Shown here one piece after another: positions 37,699-51,400 of a stretch of DNA of 64,000 nucleotides. A model generated the notes under the pieces. That model ran no database searches, was not told the origin of the DNA, and saw only the letters and a list, made by a program, of their open reading frames with translations. A program made the position numbers and the translations under genes. The DNA comes from Amphiscolops sp. MND2022 (lineage: Eukaryota): the NCBI GenBank assembly GCA_964187785.1, contig OZ076409.1, positions 3,660,001 to 3,724,000 of the forward strand. The letters are read 5' to 3'. Within the stretch, counting starts at the first letter, position 1; each line of letters opens with the position of its first letter.

Positions 37699-38212
37699 AA
37701 TAAAAGCGCGACTAAAAATAGCGACTTTCAGCCTATTTTTTCTCAAGCGAATCGGAAAGCAGCGCTTTGGGAACATTATTAGTCAAAACAATCTTTATCA
37801 AAACATGAAAACTCTCTTCGATGTAGGTTTGTTGTTCTGAACGACGGTTCTTGTTTTCATCTGAATGCTTTTCATTATTACCTCGTTTATTAGTTACAAA
37901 ATGAATAAAAATAGAAGAAACTTTCAACTCTTTCGACAACTTTTTTAAATAAGCAAAGAGCTTCTTGTTTGGATACGCAAATGATGTAGGAAAAAAAGAC
38001 TTTTTCGAAGTTTTCAAGGGAAAAAATTGCATGTCTCGCGCCGATATCAACTCAAAATCTTTAGCTGTTGAAGTTTTTTCAAACGAGTACGAATATGCCG
38101 TTCCTGGCTTGCTTGAAGTTCTATCAACGAAGACTAGTTGACTCTTTACATAAACCCCGGTGCAAAACATCAATTCAATTAAAGATACGTCGAGAGAAAT
38201 CCCCAATTTTGC

Positions 38213-38500
38213 ACACAGAGGCGAAGCGGTGCTTCGCAACACATGACGAAGACATCGATTATTTTAATATGCGTATATATATTATTTTAATCGCATGCGT
38301 ATATATTCAACAGTTCAACTTTGTTCAATAACGTCCCTATGGCACAGTGGTCAACACTTATGCCGTGCAATCGGGAGGCTGCAGGTTCGAATCTCTCTGG
38401 GGTTTTGGCTTTTTTCTAAAAGGCGCTCATTATGAAGTTGACTATAGGGAAAAAAAACTTACTTAGCTGGACTGCAATGCACATTGACTTCGTCATGTGC
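38213..38500 (-). mobile_element. HINE-like family B element with an internal tRNA-derived segment
   Basis: Hairpin GCGAAGCGGTGCTTCGC, subTIR CACATGACGAAG/CTTCGTCATGTG, internal A box TGGCACAGTGG and B box GGTTCGAATC. A near-identical copy lies at 46551-46837. Confidence 0.7.
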
Positions 38501-38506
38501 AAAAAA

Positions 38507-38985
38507 CAAGCCGGGAACGGCCCAAGTCGGCGCCATATCTAAGGCTCAAAAATAGCAAAAGGACTTCAATGTGCCAAAGTATTGGTGAGTTGGGGACCCT
38601 TTTATGAAAAAAAATTTTTGGAAAAAAGTCTCACAATGCCGAAAAAAACTGAAAGGAAGGACCCTTTGGGGGTTTTCAACATCCATTCTGTCGCAAAACA
38701 GCAACAAAATTGAAGGTGGGACCCTTTGGGGAAAATTTTTTTCCGGAAAAAAAGTCTCACAATGCCGAAAAAAACTGAAAGGGGGGACCCTTTGGTCTCG
38801 CCCGGTATGGTATGTTACGCGGGAAAACAGGAAAACCTTTTTGGTTCAGTTCGCTAGGCCAAATGGTGCAATAATATTTTGTAGAACTTTTGTAGAACTA
38901 TTTTGGTCAGTTCAGGTGGTCTTAAAAAAACACTGACGAAAAGCCATGACTATAGTCGACTCTTTTCTAAAGAAAAGCGTCGACT
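38507..38985 (-). mobile_element. HINE family A copy inserted at the end of a family B element
   Basis: CAAGCCGGGAACGGCCCAAGTCGGCGC ... GCGTCGACTAAAA. Confidence 0.8.
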
Positions 38986-39384
38986 AAAAATCAGCGATTT
39001 CATCAAACTCTTTGATTGGAGAGTTTCAATGATGGTCTTGACAGATAAGCAGTATAAGTTATGAGCCATCCACGCCATTCAAGTTTACCCATTGCCGAAC
39101 TTTTAGACTTTCAGCCAGGGTTTTGACCTCGTTATTTTTTTGCCATCGCTAAACCGCTAATTTCAAAATCGCTATTTCGCTGAAAAACGTTTTCTTCAAA
39201 CTATTAATGGCTTGACTTCAAGTATGTTTTATGAGTAAAAATAATATGGTTCAGATTTTACAAGAAAAAAAAACAGAATTTTTCAAATTGTTTGGATTCT
39301 ACACTGGTAAGAGGTGGTAACTTATCGAAGTTCATTTTGAAATTCCGTGTATAATCTGAGGAAGTTTTGACTTCAAAGAGTTTA

Positions 39385-39742
39385 CACCGTTTCGGCGTTA
39401 AGTGAAGCATATCAGATGTTAAGTGAATGGTCTCGGCTTCCGTTCCAAATTGTCAGCCAATCACCGGTCACCAACTAAAAGTGCTTTTCAATCAGAAGTC
39501 AAGTGAACAATATCAGCATCCAAGTGAGTTAGCAAGTAAGAATCACCAACGAAGATTTCAAATTGAAGAAACGTTGACCAAAGAATGCTACATGTACACA
39601 AAATCGTATGTGGCGTCCGCTTACACTTTCATTCAAGCTACCATTTCGTTCACATTATTTGAGATTTGCAGTAGCAAGCAAATCAATTTCTATTGGTTGT
39701 TCATTTAACATCTGATATGCTTCCTTTAACGCGGAAACGGTG
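39385..39742. mobile_element. Tc1/mariner-type MITE nested in a hAT-like element (~39116-39823, related to ~390-630)
   Basis: TA|CACCGTTTCGGCGTTAAGTGAAGCATATCAGATG ... CATCTGATATGCTTCCTTTAACGCGGAAACGGTG|TA. Confidence 0.8.
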
Positions 39743-41606
39743 TATTAGTTGCCGCTAATTCGAATCGTTAACAAAACAGCTGCAAAATTCGCTAAATCGC
39801 TAATTAGCGGTGTCACAACTCTGCTTTCAGCTGAATAACACAATTCCGTCCAACATCGTTATATACGTTTTTCGAAATTTCGCTATCGAAGCACAGATGT
39901 ACATTAAAAATGTTGACAACTTCATGCTTATTTCATGTGCAACGGGAACATTCAAACCTAGATTTTGAATCTGTGAACTTAAAATCTCAATTATCCGTCA
40001 CACTGAAAAAAACAGCCTCATGACAAGAAGACCAAAAAAATCTAATTCTGAATTGGTTGGTTCTTCGATACGGAATACAGGTGGCTAAACTATTGTTCGC
40101 ACTTTTGAATAATTGATGTATCATTAAAAATTCATTTCGAGAACACAGGAAACAGAAAAGGCTGCGCCTAGAAGTCCGAAATCGAGGAAAAATTGATGAA
40201 GGAAAACTGGAAGCGGGTATAAAACAAGCTTTTCTTCTTCAGAGGGTATACAAACAAATTAGAGAAAACCTCATTTTGGAAGAAGAAAAACGTCAATACT
40301 TGAAGTTCATTTGATGTTTTCGATGATAAAAATGACAACCACAAAGTGCAAGTTCTTCAATTAACGTGGAAAGAAAAAGGAAGTCCATTAAGCAGTGATC
40401 ACGTTTCGAAAAAAAATGTTCAATATCCATTCATATTGTATTCCATTTTAGTCGGCGCTCAATCAAAAAAAAGGTCGATTACGGCAGTGATTTTGTTTAT
40501 TCGAGACATCTCGAATCGATATATTTTCAAATTGGCTGAGAAACTACCAGACACTTCCTACTGTCTCCAATTCAGTACAGTGTAAGTTTGAATCGTACCA
40601 GCACCGAATTTTGCTGCAAAAAAGTGATCAAATTATGAAAATTTTACACTTTCTCATATTTGAAGCGGGGCCATTCGTGAACACCAAAACTTGATCAACT
40701 ACCAAAAACAACGAAAAACTTCTAAAAGCTTGATATTGCATGGTAGTCCCATCGATTTGGACCAGAGTATAAACCAATAGATAATAAACCAATCTTTGAT
40801 GACACGGGCAATCTGATGGCATGAAACGCTCCAGACTTGATGCTCTTTGATAGTTTGATACTTTTTACTTTTCATCCATAGTAATTAACAAAGGTTGACA
40901 CTGTACGGTTCACTAAACACTCGAATCAATCATCCACGATACTTTCACATATGTCAAGATGATAAAAAATATGGCGTTTCCTCTCCTGAGTCGAAATATT
41001 TAGAATCGAAAATTGCAACTGAAATTCCCAGGGTCGAATTGATTATTATCGAATTTAACAGGACATGATAGCAATGGTATAATATAATGAAATTTCATTT
41101 CTTTCAATCCTAGATAAAACCAAGTCAATTCGCTTCTAGATAATTTTGCACATTTTCAATCCTATATTATTCGACTCTGCACAGCACTCCCTAAAAGTGG
41201 GACGTCGTATATTTACAAGAAAACGTTTTCCACCCAAAGTGCAAACTTTTTATGGTGAAAACCCGTGTTTGTTAATTCAGGTCAATAACTCTAGGTGGGA
41301 CAGAAAATTGCTTTTAGCAGTCGTTTTCCTTCCCCGATTTTGACATGTTCTAATTTCATACAAAAGCTTTCCATCCCAGAATTCAACGACACAAGAATCG
41401 ATTCATAGTACATGTATTTATGAAGATACCTAAACTTTCCGGAAAAATCAAAAAAGCTTCAATTAAAAAAACTTTTCAAAGATTAAAAAAATTTCAGGAT
41501 GTTTGCTGCAAAACTTGTTGAGGCGGAAGATAAAACGGAACTTAGAGGGCGTCTTCTAACTTTAAATAGACGGGAGAATTCGTTCGCTTACGTCTAATGG
41601 ATAAAA

Positions 41607-44071
41607 CAAGCCGGGAACGACATGAGTCCGCGCCATATCTAAGGCTCAAAAATAGTAAAAGGACATGAAAGTGTCAAAAAAACTCAAAGTATCAAACTCA
41701 CGAAAAACCCAAACTAGTGCGGGCCCCTGCAGCGCTAATAGGGGGACCCTTTCTCATTTTTCAACATCCATTCTGCCGCAAAACTCCAAAAAATGAAGGG
41801 GACACTGTGAAAAAAATTTCGTTAAAAAAAGTCTCACAATGCCGAACTAAACTGAAAAGGGGAACCTTTAGTTTCTCCCGGTATTGTATGATACGCGGAA
41901 AAAGAGGAAAAACTATTTTGGTTCAGTTCGCTAGGCCAAATGATTCAATTTGGGATCATAAAATTTCGTAGAACTTTTAAGAACTATTTTGGTCAGTTCG
42001 TAAGGATTGAAAAAAATTCAAAAAAAGTCACTATAATAGTCGTGTTTCACTTCATGAAGCGCCGACTAACAAGGACCGTGCGCACCGAAATGAAGTCTAA
42101 AACTGAAGGCTGAGGTGCTGTCTTGACACTGTAAACTGCAAACTCTCCTGGCAGTTTCAATAACGGTGCCACAAAAACAAACCATAGAAAATTTCTGTTA
42201 GCCCATAAAACTTTGGCTGAAAAGGAATCTCTTTCTCGAGGACGATAATTTAATCAACCTCACAGAATCGAAAAATACCCCAAAAGGTCTTTCAGCCTCG
42301 CCAAATGCGTTCTTTGAAGAAAACATCCGAAAAATCGAAGGATGGCTCTTGGGTCAAAAAATCAGATAAGTTGCACAGCGGTGAAAAGTCAAATTCATCG
42401 ACTTTGCAAACGCAAATAAGACGGGAACGTCTAAAGTCGGCGCCCTATCTAAGGCTCAAAAAGCTCAAACTTTTTGAAATTGTAAAAGGGGGGACCCTTT
42501 GGGTTCTTTGAAAAGAAAAATCGAAAAATAAAAATTTTTAGCCAGTCTCATAGTGCCGAAAAACTTGAGAGGGGAGACCCTTTGGGCTTTTTGAAACTTC
42601 AATTTGCTGTAAAATATCAAAAAACTTGAAGGGGGGATCCTTTGGAGACAAAAAAAATTCGAAAAAAAGTCGCACAGTGCCGAAAAAAACTCAAACCCTA
42701 TAATCTCGTCCTGTTTTGTATCTTACGATAAAAATGGAGTAACTGAAAGGGGGACCCTTTGCACTATCCTAAATGCGCTCCCCGTTTGCCTATGCCGGTC
42801 CAGTAGTTTAGTACTGTACTTAGTAGTTGAACGTTAATTTTAACGTTCGTCGCTTCGAGTCTGTCTTAAAGAAAAACAAGACGGGAACGTCTCAAGTCGG
42901 CGCTATATCTAAGGCTCAAAAAGCGCAAAACATTTTTTTTGGAAAAAAACTTGAAATTTTCGAAAAAAAATTTCTTTCGGAAAATGTCGCACAGTGCCGA
43001 AAAATGTAAAAGGGGGGACCCTTTTTGATTTATAAACACGCATTCTGTAGCAAAAAAAAACAAAAAACTCAAAGGGGGGACCCTTTGGGGACATTTAAAA
43101 AATTTCGAAAAAAAGTCTCACAGTGCCGAAAAAAAATCGAAAGGGGGGACCCTTTAGTCCCGTCCGGGCTTGTAGGTAACGTTTAAAAAGTAAATGAATG
43201 CGCTCCCCGTTTGCCTTTACCGGTCCAGTAATTTAGTACTGTATTTAGTAGTTGAACGTTAATTTTAACGTTCGTCGCTTCGAGTCTGTCTTAAATAAAA
43301 AAAAACGAGTGACTGTAATATTCGGGCTCTTTTATTTATAAAAGGCCGACTAAAAATAGACCGGCAAGCACGGGATTCAAACCCCTGCTTTTCAGTCAAT
43401 GTCAACACGCACATACATCCGCGCCAACCACTAGATCGAGCGGCAAGTGACGGAACAATGAAAGAGTTTTTGATTAAGCCCCACTCTATGGAAACTGTGC
43501 AGACCTATTTTTGGAGAAACTTAAAATCCATTGATAGAATTGAGATCTACTCTGTGGAAACTGCGAGCAAGTTTCCGGAGGAGCGATTTTTAGTCGGCGC
43601 CTTTTCCCTTAAGGAAAAAAAGCTCGACTATTACAGTGGGTAGTTTTTTTTCAGCCTACAATCTCACTCTGAATGGTCCACTTTTTTACAATCTTTTGTT
43701 TGTTTGTTCAACTAATTTTCTGAGAAGCAGGAGATCGTGGGTTCGATTCTCGCACTAAACAACAAATTTTTCTATGCTTCCAAAAGTAAAAGCGAGACCA
43801 AAGGGTCCCCCTTTTGGGTTTTTCCGGCACTATTCGACTTTTTTTTCGAAATTTTTTGAATTCTATCAAAGGGTATCCCTTGCATTTTTTTGAAGTTTTC
43901 GGTTTGTAAAAACATTTAATGAGCATAAATGGCCTTTTTTGAGTTTTTCGGCATTGTGCGACTTTTTTTAAAACACTTTTGAATATTTTTTTTTCCAAAT
44001 GTTTCCAATGGTTGTTCCTTGAATATTTTTGAGCCTTAGATATGGCGCCGACTTGTGACGCTCCCGTTATG
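41607..44071. mobile_element. Cluster of HINE family A copies (41607-42067, 42417-42875, 42877-43351; opposite orientation 43592-44071)
   Basis: Family termini; 42877-43351 is nearly identical to 37212-37698. Confidence 0.8.
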
Positions 44072-45428
44072 TTAAATTCATCAATAAGTGACAGTTAAAG
44101 CTACCTTAAGTCAGATATTCCTCGGAAATCTGCTCCACTTGAATCAATCTGTGAGAGCAAAACTTTAACTGTTAACTCGTTTTACGTAAAAATCATAATT
44201 GAACAAGGCGATGTATAGTGGTACATAATAAGAAACCTACATTCCATTTTCTGTTAACCTGACGACGAGTAGAACAACGAGGTTATTTATACATACAACT
44301 TCAAATATTTCACGTGAACAACGAAGAACAAATGAGAAATTACATACCGACATAATGAACATTACTTTCCAAATTATCCTGAAAACGAAACTGATCAAGA
44401 TTCATTGAAGCCTTTAATTGCCCCCTTTAATTCAACACATTTATTAGGGCAAAACTCGAAAATGTTTTTTTTTGCGCAGAAAATGCGCTTTTAAAATTTC
44501 GGTGCTATGTAAAGTGAAGGAAAGCCACCAAGTGAGGCCAATTTCGAAATTTATGCATATTTGAAGCTAGTAAATTTCCATTCTGCAGTACGTCTAATTT
44601 ATTTCATATTTCAAATTTCCAATGACGAATAGACAGCTCTTTAGCACCCCAAAACCATCAAAATTTTTCAAAGGAAATTTACAAAAATAGTTTCAAACTG
44701 GCCTAATTAAAAGTAAAAATTTTCCCATAACCGGAAGTTAACTTTAGTGGGATAGTTTTTTTTGTTTGAACAAAACATTTTTCACATTTTGACTGTGATT
44801 ATGTTGAAATTTTAAATGTATATTATGACTCAAAACAGGAAGCTGTTGAGTTTTCAACAAGAATGCGTGACTTCATAAGGAAAAATAGCGTGAACAAAGT
44901 TGGTATTTGAATGCTGAACTGTCACCCTGAGAATAAACAAAAGTTTTTTAATTTAGTCCCAAGTCGTTATATTCTAACATTCATTTTCACAAAATTTTTT
45001 CAAACAAAGTAGGTGGTGGAGGGAAAAACAGAAAAGGAACCATGTCATATATCCCCCCCCCCCCAAACTGCGGCGGGGGGGGGGGGGAATAAGACAGAAG
45101 GTTTAAATGTTTAAATACCATTATGTCGACATAGTTTGCTTTGAAATTTTGGTCTGCAAAACAATTGATGTCGACATAATCCTATCCATTACATTGACTG
45201 TCAGTTAAAAGTTGCTCATTAGATTTTATAGGGGACAAAATTTGTGCTGAAACAGGGACCTTTTTATACGATTTTAGCTTGTTCCAAACGTGAATTTCTG
45301 CTATTTTGGACAACAATATCAAAACATTGGGGTATTTTTTTTACCTGAAGTGTCCAAACAGTTGTAGAGACAATCCTCTAAGTATTTACATTCATATAAT
45401 ATTCTCTTATTAGTGAAATATTTTTTAT

Positions 45429-48400
45429 TCAAGAACAAAATGTGCTTTTCTGTTGAGGGGGGGATTCCTCAGAAGGTGTACCTCGGGGGTAGATGACATG
45501 GTCCCAGAAAAGAACCGAATAAACAATATAAACAGGCCTCACCACGTATTTACTATTGACAGTATCATTTGCATTGAGCTCGTCCGCTTTCCCCAAAAAG
45601 ACGTTGTCCCTTCCACTCTCACTGACTGATTGGTCAAAACTCTGGGGGTTGCCTTTGGGCACAGCGACCACTGGAACTTCTCCAACGTAGCCCACTATCT
45701 TGCCTTTCGTTTTCAGTTGTACTTTCTCATTGGTGCAGTCAGCGTCTCCTGCATCACAAGCAGATTGTTGTCAAGCAAATACATTTAAATGATTTTTAAC
45801 GAATGCTTTAACGAGAAAAATGTACTTTTGTTTTTTTTTCGGCACTGTGAGATTGGAAAATATTGAAAAAACGGCTGTTTTTCCTTCCCGCTCCAAGACT
45901 TTCAGTGAAAAATTCAACAAAAAGGATGAAATTTGGCTATATCGTTTAATATTCCTTCAAATAAATCTTTTCATTTAATTGACAGCTTCATTTTTCGTTC
46001 ACGCTTACATACAACTTTGCAGCGAATATCATTTTTGCGAATCAGAATAAAACCGGAAGTGAGCTGAACAAGCATTTTAAAAGACTTTTCATATTAATAA
46101 AGGTTAATTTTTTGAAGTTACGTGAAATGTTTCATTGGAAACTCAATTGAGAGCAAATTGCTAAAACAATATCATCTAAGTGTGGGGGAAAACAAAAAAG
46201 CAACGAAAAACAATTCCTCAACAATTTGAAATACTTTCACTTTTCGGGCATTAAGCGACTTGTGCCATTCCCCACTTGTTGTTCAATCTATCACTACGTC
46301 ACTGTTTCTACAGGTTTTTTAGACTACATTCTAAATGAAAAAACAATCTCACCTTTTTTTACCGCGAAACGTTCATTTCCTATCTTAATACATGTAAATC
46401 GACGAAATTTTACCTTTCGAGCCCTATTTTTCGAAAATGGGTAGTTATTTTTGAAATCAACATAAATCCATGAATTCAGTAGATTTTTGGTCATTAATTG
46501 AGCATAAAACATGCCAATAAAACTGTGGATAAAACGGTCAAAAATTGGAACACAGAGGCGAAGCGATGCTTCGCAACACATGACGAAGACATCGATTATT
46601 TTAATATGCGTATATATATTATTTTAATCGCATGCGTATATATTCAACAGTTCAACTTTGTTCAATAATGTCCCTATGACACAGTGGTCAACACTTATGC
46701 CGTGCAATCGGGGGGCTGCAGGTTCGAATCTCTCTGGGGTTTTGGCTTTTGTCTAAAAGGCGCTCATTATGAAGTTGACTATAGTGGAAAAAAACTTACT
46801 TAGCTGGACTGCAATGCACATCGACTTCGTCATGTGCAAAAACGGAAAATACCAAATTTGCTCGAAATCGGCCATTTGTAACTTTCTCAATTTTTGTTCC
46901 AGAAATATTTCAAAAACACAATATACACTTGATGAAATTGCAAGAAAGTTTTATCTCTGTTTTTTAAAATTCTCAACAGATTTCGAGAAAATCGAGCCTA
47001 AAATCGCCCCGGGAACGTTTTCTTAATCACAGTACTGTACAGTGATTCTAGAAGAAGCAACATAGCACGCGAAAAGAAAAAAAAACAAACATTGCCTGAT
47101 CAAGGTCTCACGCGCTCATTTCATTGGTCAAGAGCGATTTCCATAACATCATTTTCTGGTCTTTTGAATTTTTGACCCACTTGCAATTTTTTGATTTCAT
47201 TTTGACAGAAAAATTCTAAATATTTCTAAAAAACAAGACACTGATAACGTTCACTTTCTCTGTCAATCATCCTCTCGTTACGTAATCAGATCTTCAACAA
47301 AGAATGATGCGACTCTTCAGAAATAGCCTAGACGTCTTTGCCAGTCATTTTGTCCAAACTTCTGATGTGTGAAAACTTTTTTCTTGGAAGAAGTTTTCAC
47401 CGTGAATGACAACTTGAAATGCACTGTCCCGAGTTGTTTTGAAATGTTTGTTGACAAAAGTTTGACATTTCCAGAGCTCAAAGTTTTTTTTTAGTTCACG
47501 TAGTATTCACTTACTAGGTGAACCAAAAAAAAACCGGAACGCACAAAACTTTTTGTGCCCTCAAAATGTCAAATATTTGTCAACAAAATGTTTCAAAACA
47601 ACTTTGAACGCTGAAATTTAGCTTGTCAATCATTCACTTTGACAACAATGCTTTCACACATTCGAGTGTCAAAGAACTTTCACGCTTCAGAAGTGCAAAC
47701 AAAGTGACTGGTAAAGATGTCTAGAATTTCACTGAGGGTTCAAATCATTTTTTGTTGAAGATATGGTTACGTAATAGGAGCTCTGATTTGAAAGACTGAC
47801 TGAACAATTTTCAGTGTCTTGTTTACAAATACAGTAAACCCTCGATTGTCCGCCACCATCGGTCCAGCGCGAATTATGGCGGATAAGTGAGAGTGGCGGT
47901 TATTCAAGGGAGCTTAGAACGGGTGTTATAGCAAAATGTCCCCGTAGATTTGTGGCGGTTGACCAAAGATGGCGGATAATCGAGGGTTTACTGTATTACA
48001 ATTTTGAAGAGCAAAATTTTGTGCGTTCCGTTTTTTGGTTCACCTAGTAGTTGCAAAAAGTGTAAACAACATACTAGAGCCTTGAATGATGTGTGGTGGA
48101 TGTCGTGCGATGACGTCACCAAGTCGTGTTCGAACCGAGGGCATGGCCACTCGGTTGACGAGTTCCTCGTTGCACCTGCCACTCATGTCTTCCTCCTGGA
48201 TCCAGGGGCCTCCCTCTCCGTTCACACTCATCACACAGCAACCAACACTACTTCCTTAAAAGGAAAATCAACAACTTGTGACGTCATTGAATTGATAAAC
48301 AGCGGTTGAAAATTGTCAGGAGTAAACCTTTGAAATCCAGACAAATTTCTTGAAACAATCACAATTTTAGGTGTGCGCTTTCTTTGTGAGAAAAGCGCCA

Positions 48401-51400
48401 TTATAAACAATCAAGGAAACTGAAAATCAATGGAAAATAGCTCCTTTTGGTTTTTTTTCGGCACTGTGCGACTTCTTTAGAAAAACTGTTCATTTGACCA
48501 AAGGACTCGCCTTTGCTTTTTTAAACCGTTTTTTCGGCACTGTGAGACTTTTCAGAATTTTCAAAAAGCGCCTTTGAGCAACTGGACATGAAAATGATGT
48601 GCCTAGTGATCATGACTTTTTGCTCACTATGAGAATGTTGGTAAATATGCTATTACATTGTGAAATAGCCGAGGGAGGTCTCCACGCTTATTAGTGACAC
48701 CTAATTGGAGGTGGGTAGATGATTATCATTTTATTTGATTTACCATTTTTTCATAAATCAGCCGTTTTTGGGATATACAATTATGAGATTTTCCTTATGT
48801 TGCTTTTTCCCGAACCACCAATGTAGTAACTCTTCACGGCGATCAGAATTTCATGTGAAAAACGCCCATTGAATAACACAAGACCACCGTTGTCATGTTT
48901 TAAAACACTAGGTTAAAAACATGTTTTAAAACATGAATAAAAAACATGTTTTAAAACATTTTTCGTTTGGAATATATTTCAGATAGAAATGGGTAGAAAA
49001 GATCAAATTGGGATTTTCTTCAAAAAATTGAAAGTGATGTGAAAACTCGAGCCCAGTGCCAGGATTGTTTTGAGGATACGTGAAATTCATAAATTCTGAC
49101 AGTTACAATTGATTTGTATCATTTTCAAATAAAAAATTGATGAAAAACCCGTTTTTCTCTATACAAGTCACTCAAAAAATAGAAAAACAAAATACAAAAA
49201 AAAACGTTTCTTTTTCGATAAAAACACGTATAATTGTTTTTTTTTCAATAAAAATTATTTTTTGACAACCAGACGAAGCATCGTCAAAATAAGACGGTGA
49301 AACATTACAAAGTGGTTCAGACTCCGACTCCTCAAACTCACCGTTGTTCCCAGGCTTCAGCACACTCTTGATTCTGTTCACCAATCTCTCATTCGCTCTT
49401 CGCAGCATGAAGTTGCTCTTCTGAAGCACCTCGATTTTGCCCTCCAACGTCTTCACGTACTGCTTGTGTCTGTCCCTCGCAAACTGCGCCGAAATTCGGT
49501 TCTTCCGCTTCCTCTCGATCGCTTTTGCGCTCTCTTCGGCTGAAACGAATTCCACATTTTATCGGGGTGGCCAGCAGTGAATTAGGTCGCTTATAAGCGA
49601 AAGCGCAAAAGAAGCGAAAGTGACGTAATATCCGAATAAGCGCCGGCAACCCAAAGCGACGACTGAAATTTGCGCTTATCTGATTGGTCGGAAATTTCAG
49701 CTATTTTGGTGACAAAAAGTTTCACGCGACACCAGTGCAATTGAAAGATCTGTTGTCTTGAGGTGGTAATTTGGTGAGAAAAAGGAGTAACCGGTCAAAA
49801 TTTCCAAACTTTCAAAATAAAAAGAAATTACAGCTTTTGAAAACTTAAATTCGCTGAGCCAAAGTTTCCCTCCTAGAAAGCGCCGCTTAAGCGTTAGCGG
49901 GCCAGTCACAAGCGCAACAAGCGATAAGCGCGTTTCTTGATAAAACCTAATTCACTGGTGGCCAGTTTTTTTTTCAACAAAAAAGCGACCCAATTAAAAT
50001 CATAGAAATTTACGCTTTTTTACTTGAAAAAAGCTACCTAACGTTTCTTCAAAAAACATACATTATAGTAGGAACAAAATGTTGAATAGAATAACTGAGA
50101 TAGATATACACATAAGCATTCAAGAACAATGAAATACATTAACGGTAAAACATCATATTATTCAACGAAAAAGTTCAATAAACAAAACATGCTGTTGAAC
50201 GCCAATAAGGCTAAAATTATAAATACACAATCAAGATTATTACTATAGAACAAACAAAAACAAACATGTTTGTGAAAAAAGTGACTTTGGGAAAAAATCG
50301 ACCAGGTCGCTTCAGAGCAACGCAACTGGCCACGTTGAATTTTGTCCACAATTAGCTCAAAATCAGTTTACCAGAGAATAAAATCCCTATGTACGTTCAT
50401 TTCATCCCTATTTAAATGGAAGTTTTTCTGAAAAAAAATCGTACAGTGCCAGAAAACCCCAAGGTCGCCTTTGGGCTTAAAAACGTTTCATTTCGAAAAA
50501 TATCAAAAAAACCAAAGGGGGACCGTTTCGGAAGGCTGAAAATTTTTCGGAAAAGTCTCAAGTACCGAAAATCTCGGTTTTTATTCAATTTGTCAAAATT
50601 TGAAAAGGAGGACCCCTACGAACAATTTGGTATTTTGTAGAATATTTGTTGAAAAATTTGTTGAAAAAGCTGACTAAAAATCAGAGCAGGAATCTTTGTG
50701 AAATGAAAATTTCCAAAGTCGCACAGTGCCGAAAAACCAAAAACAAACAAGAACTATCAAGAAACCTAAGCAAGTCACTTCAAAACCACAGCTTCAAGCC
50801 GAGCATTGCTTGGCCACTTGGCTGCAAACATGACCTGGTACCATAGCCTTATTCGAGGGGGGGGGGTTAATTGGGGGGATTAGCTGACTTATTCTTCTCG
50901 TCAGAAAAGCGTATTATTTGATATAAAGTAGATGAACCTTAAGAGTTGATGGCTTAATCGTATTTGTTTATGACAAAGTTATCAGTCGAATTCATGCTAG
51001 AGTTCTCAAGAGAAGCAAATTTGCATTGAAACCAACCTTGCGCGGCTCTCTTGGCTCGCAAAGCTTGAAATCTCTCCAGGTCACTTCGGTCCATGACTCC
51101 TTGCAGAGGATTGGCACAACTCCTGGTCAAAGGTCAGAGTTCCCAACATCCAAACGAAAAAAAAAACAATTAACATCAACTAGAGCCGCATGTGCGGTAA
51201 AGGAGTCAGAAACGGATTAAAAATTGAAAAGCATTACGTACTTTGTCATTTGGTCATTTTTAGACTAGTTTAGGCTATCTTTCTCCGATCCCAGTCATAC
51301 TATTTTGATGTCATTGCACACATAGGACCCGAATATGGTGTACAATAATTAAAAAAAAAAACATTTCATTCTAATCGCATGGACAGTTTTTGAGAAATCG

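Noticed and set aside
37733..38242. 169-aa ORF as a host gene or bZIP exon
   Set aside because: It starts inside a repeat, is AT-rich, has no recognisable motif and no convincing splice sites.
38333..38403. Functional tRNA gene
   Set aside because: A and B boxes are present, but the acceptor and T stems pair poorly and the segment is embedded in a dispersed repeat.
40000..41100. Possible degenerate coding remnant (e.g. QKRLRLEVRNRGKIDEGKLEAG...)
   Set aside because: Short, stop-interrupted frames with no motif I can assign.
48075..49342. IRE1-cleaved unconventional intron in the bZIP mRNA
   Set aside because: No pair of CNG'CNG 7-nt loop hairpins was found by eye in the exons after the zipper.
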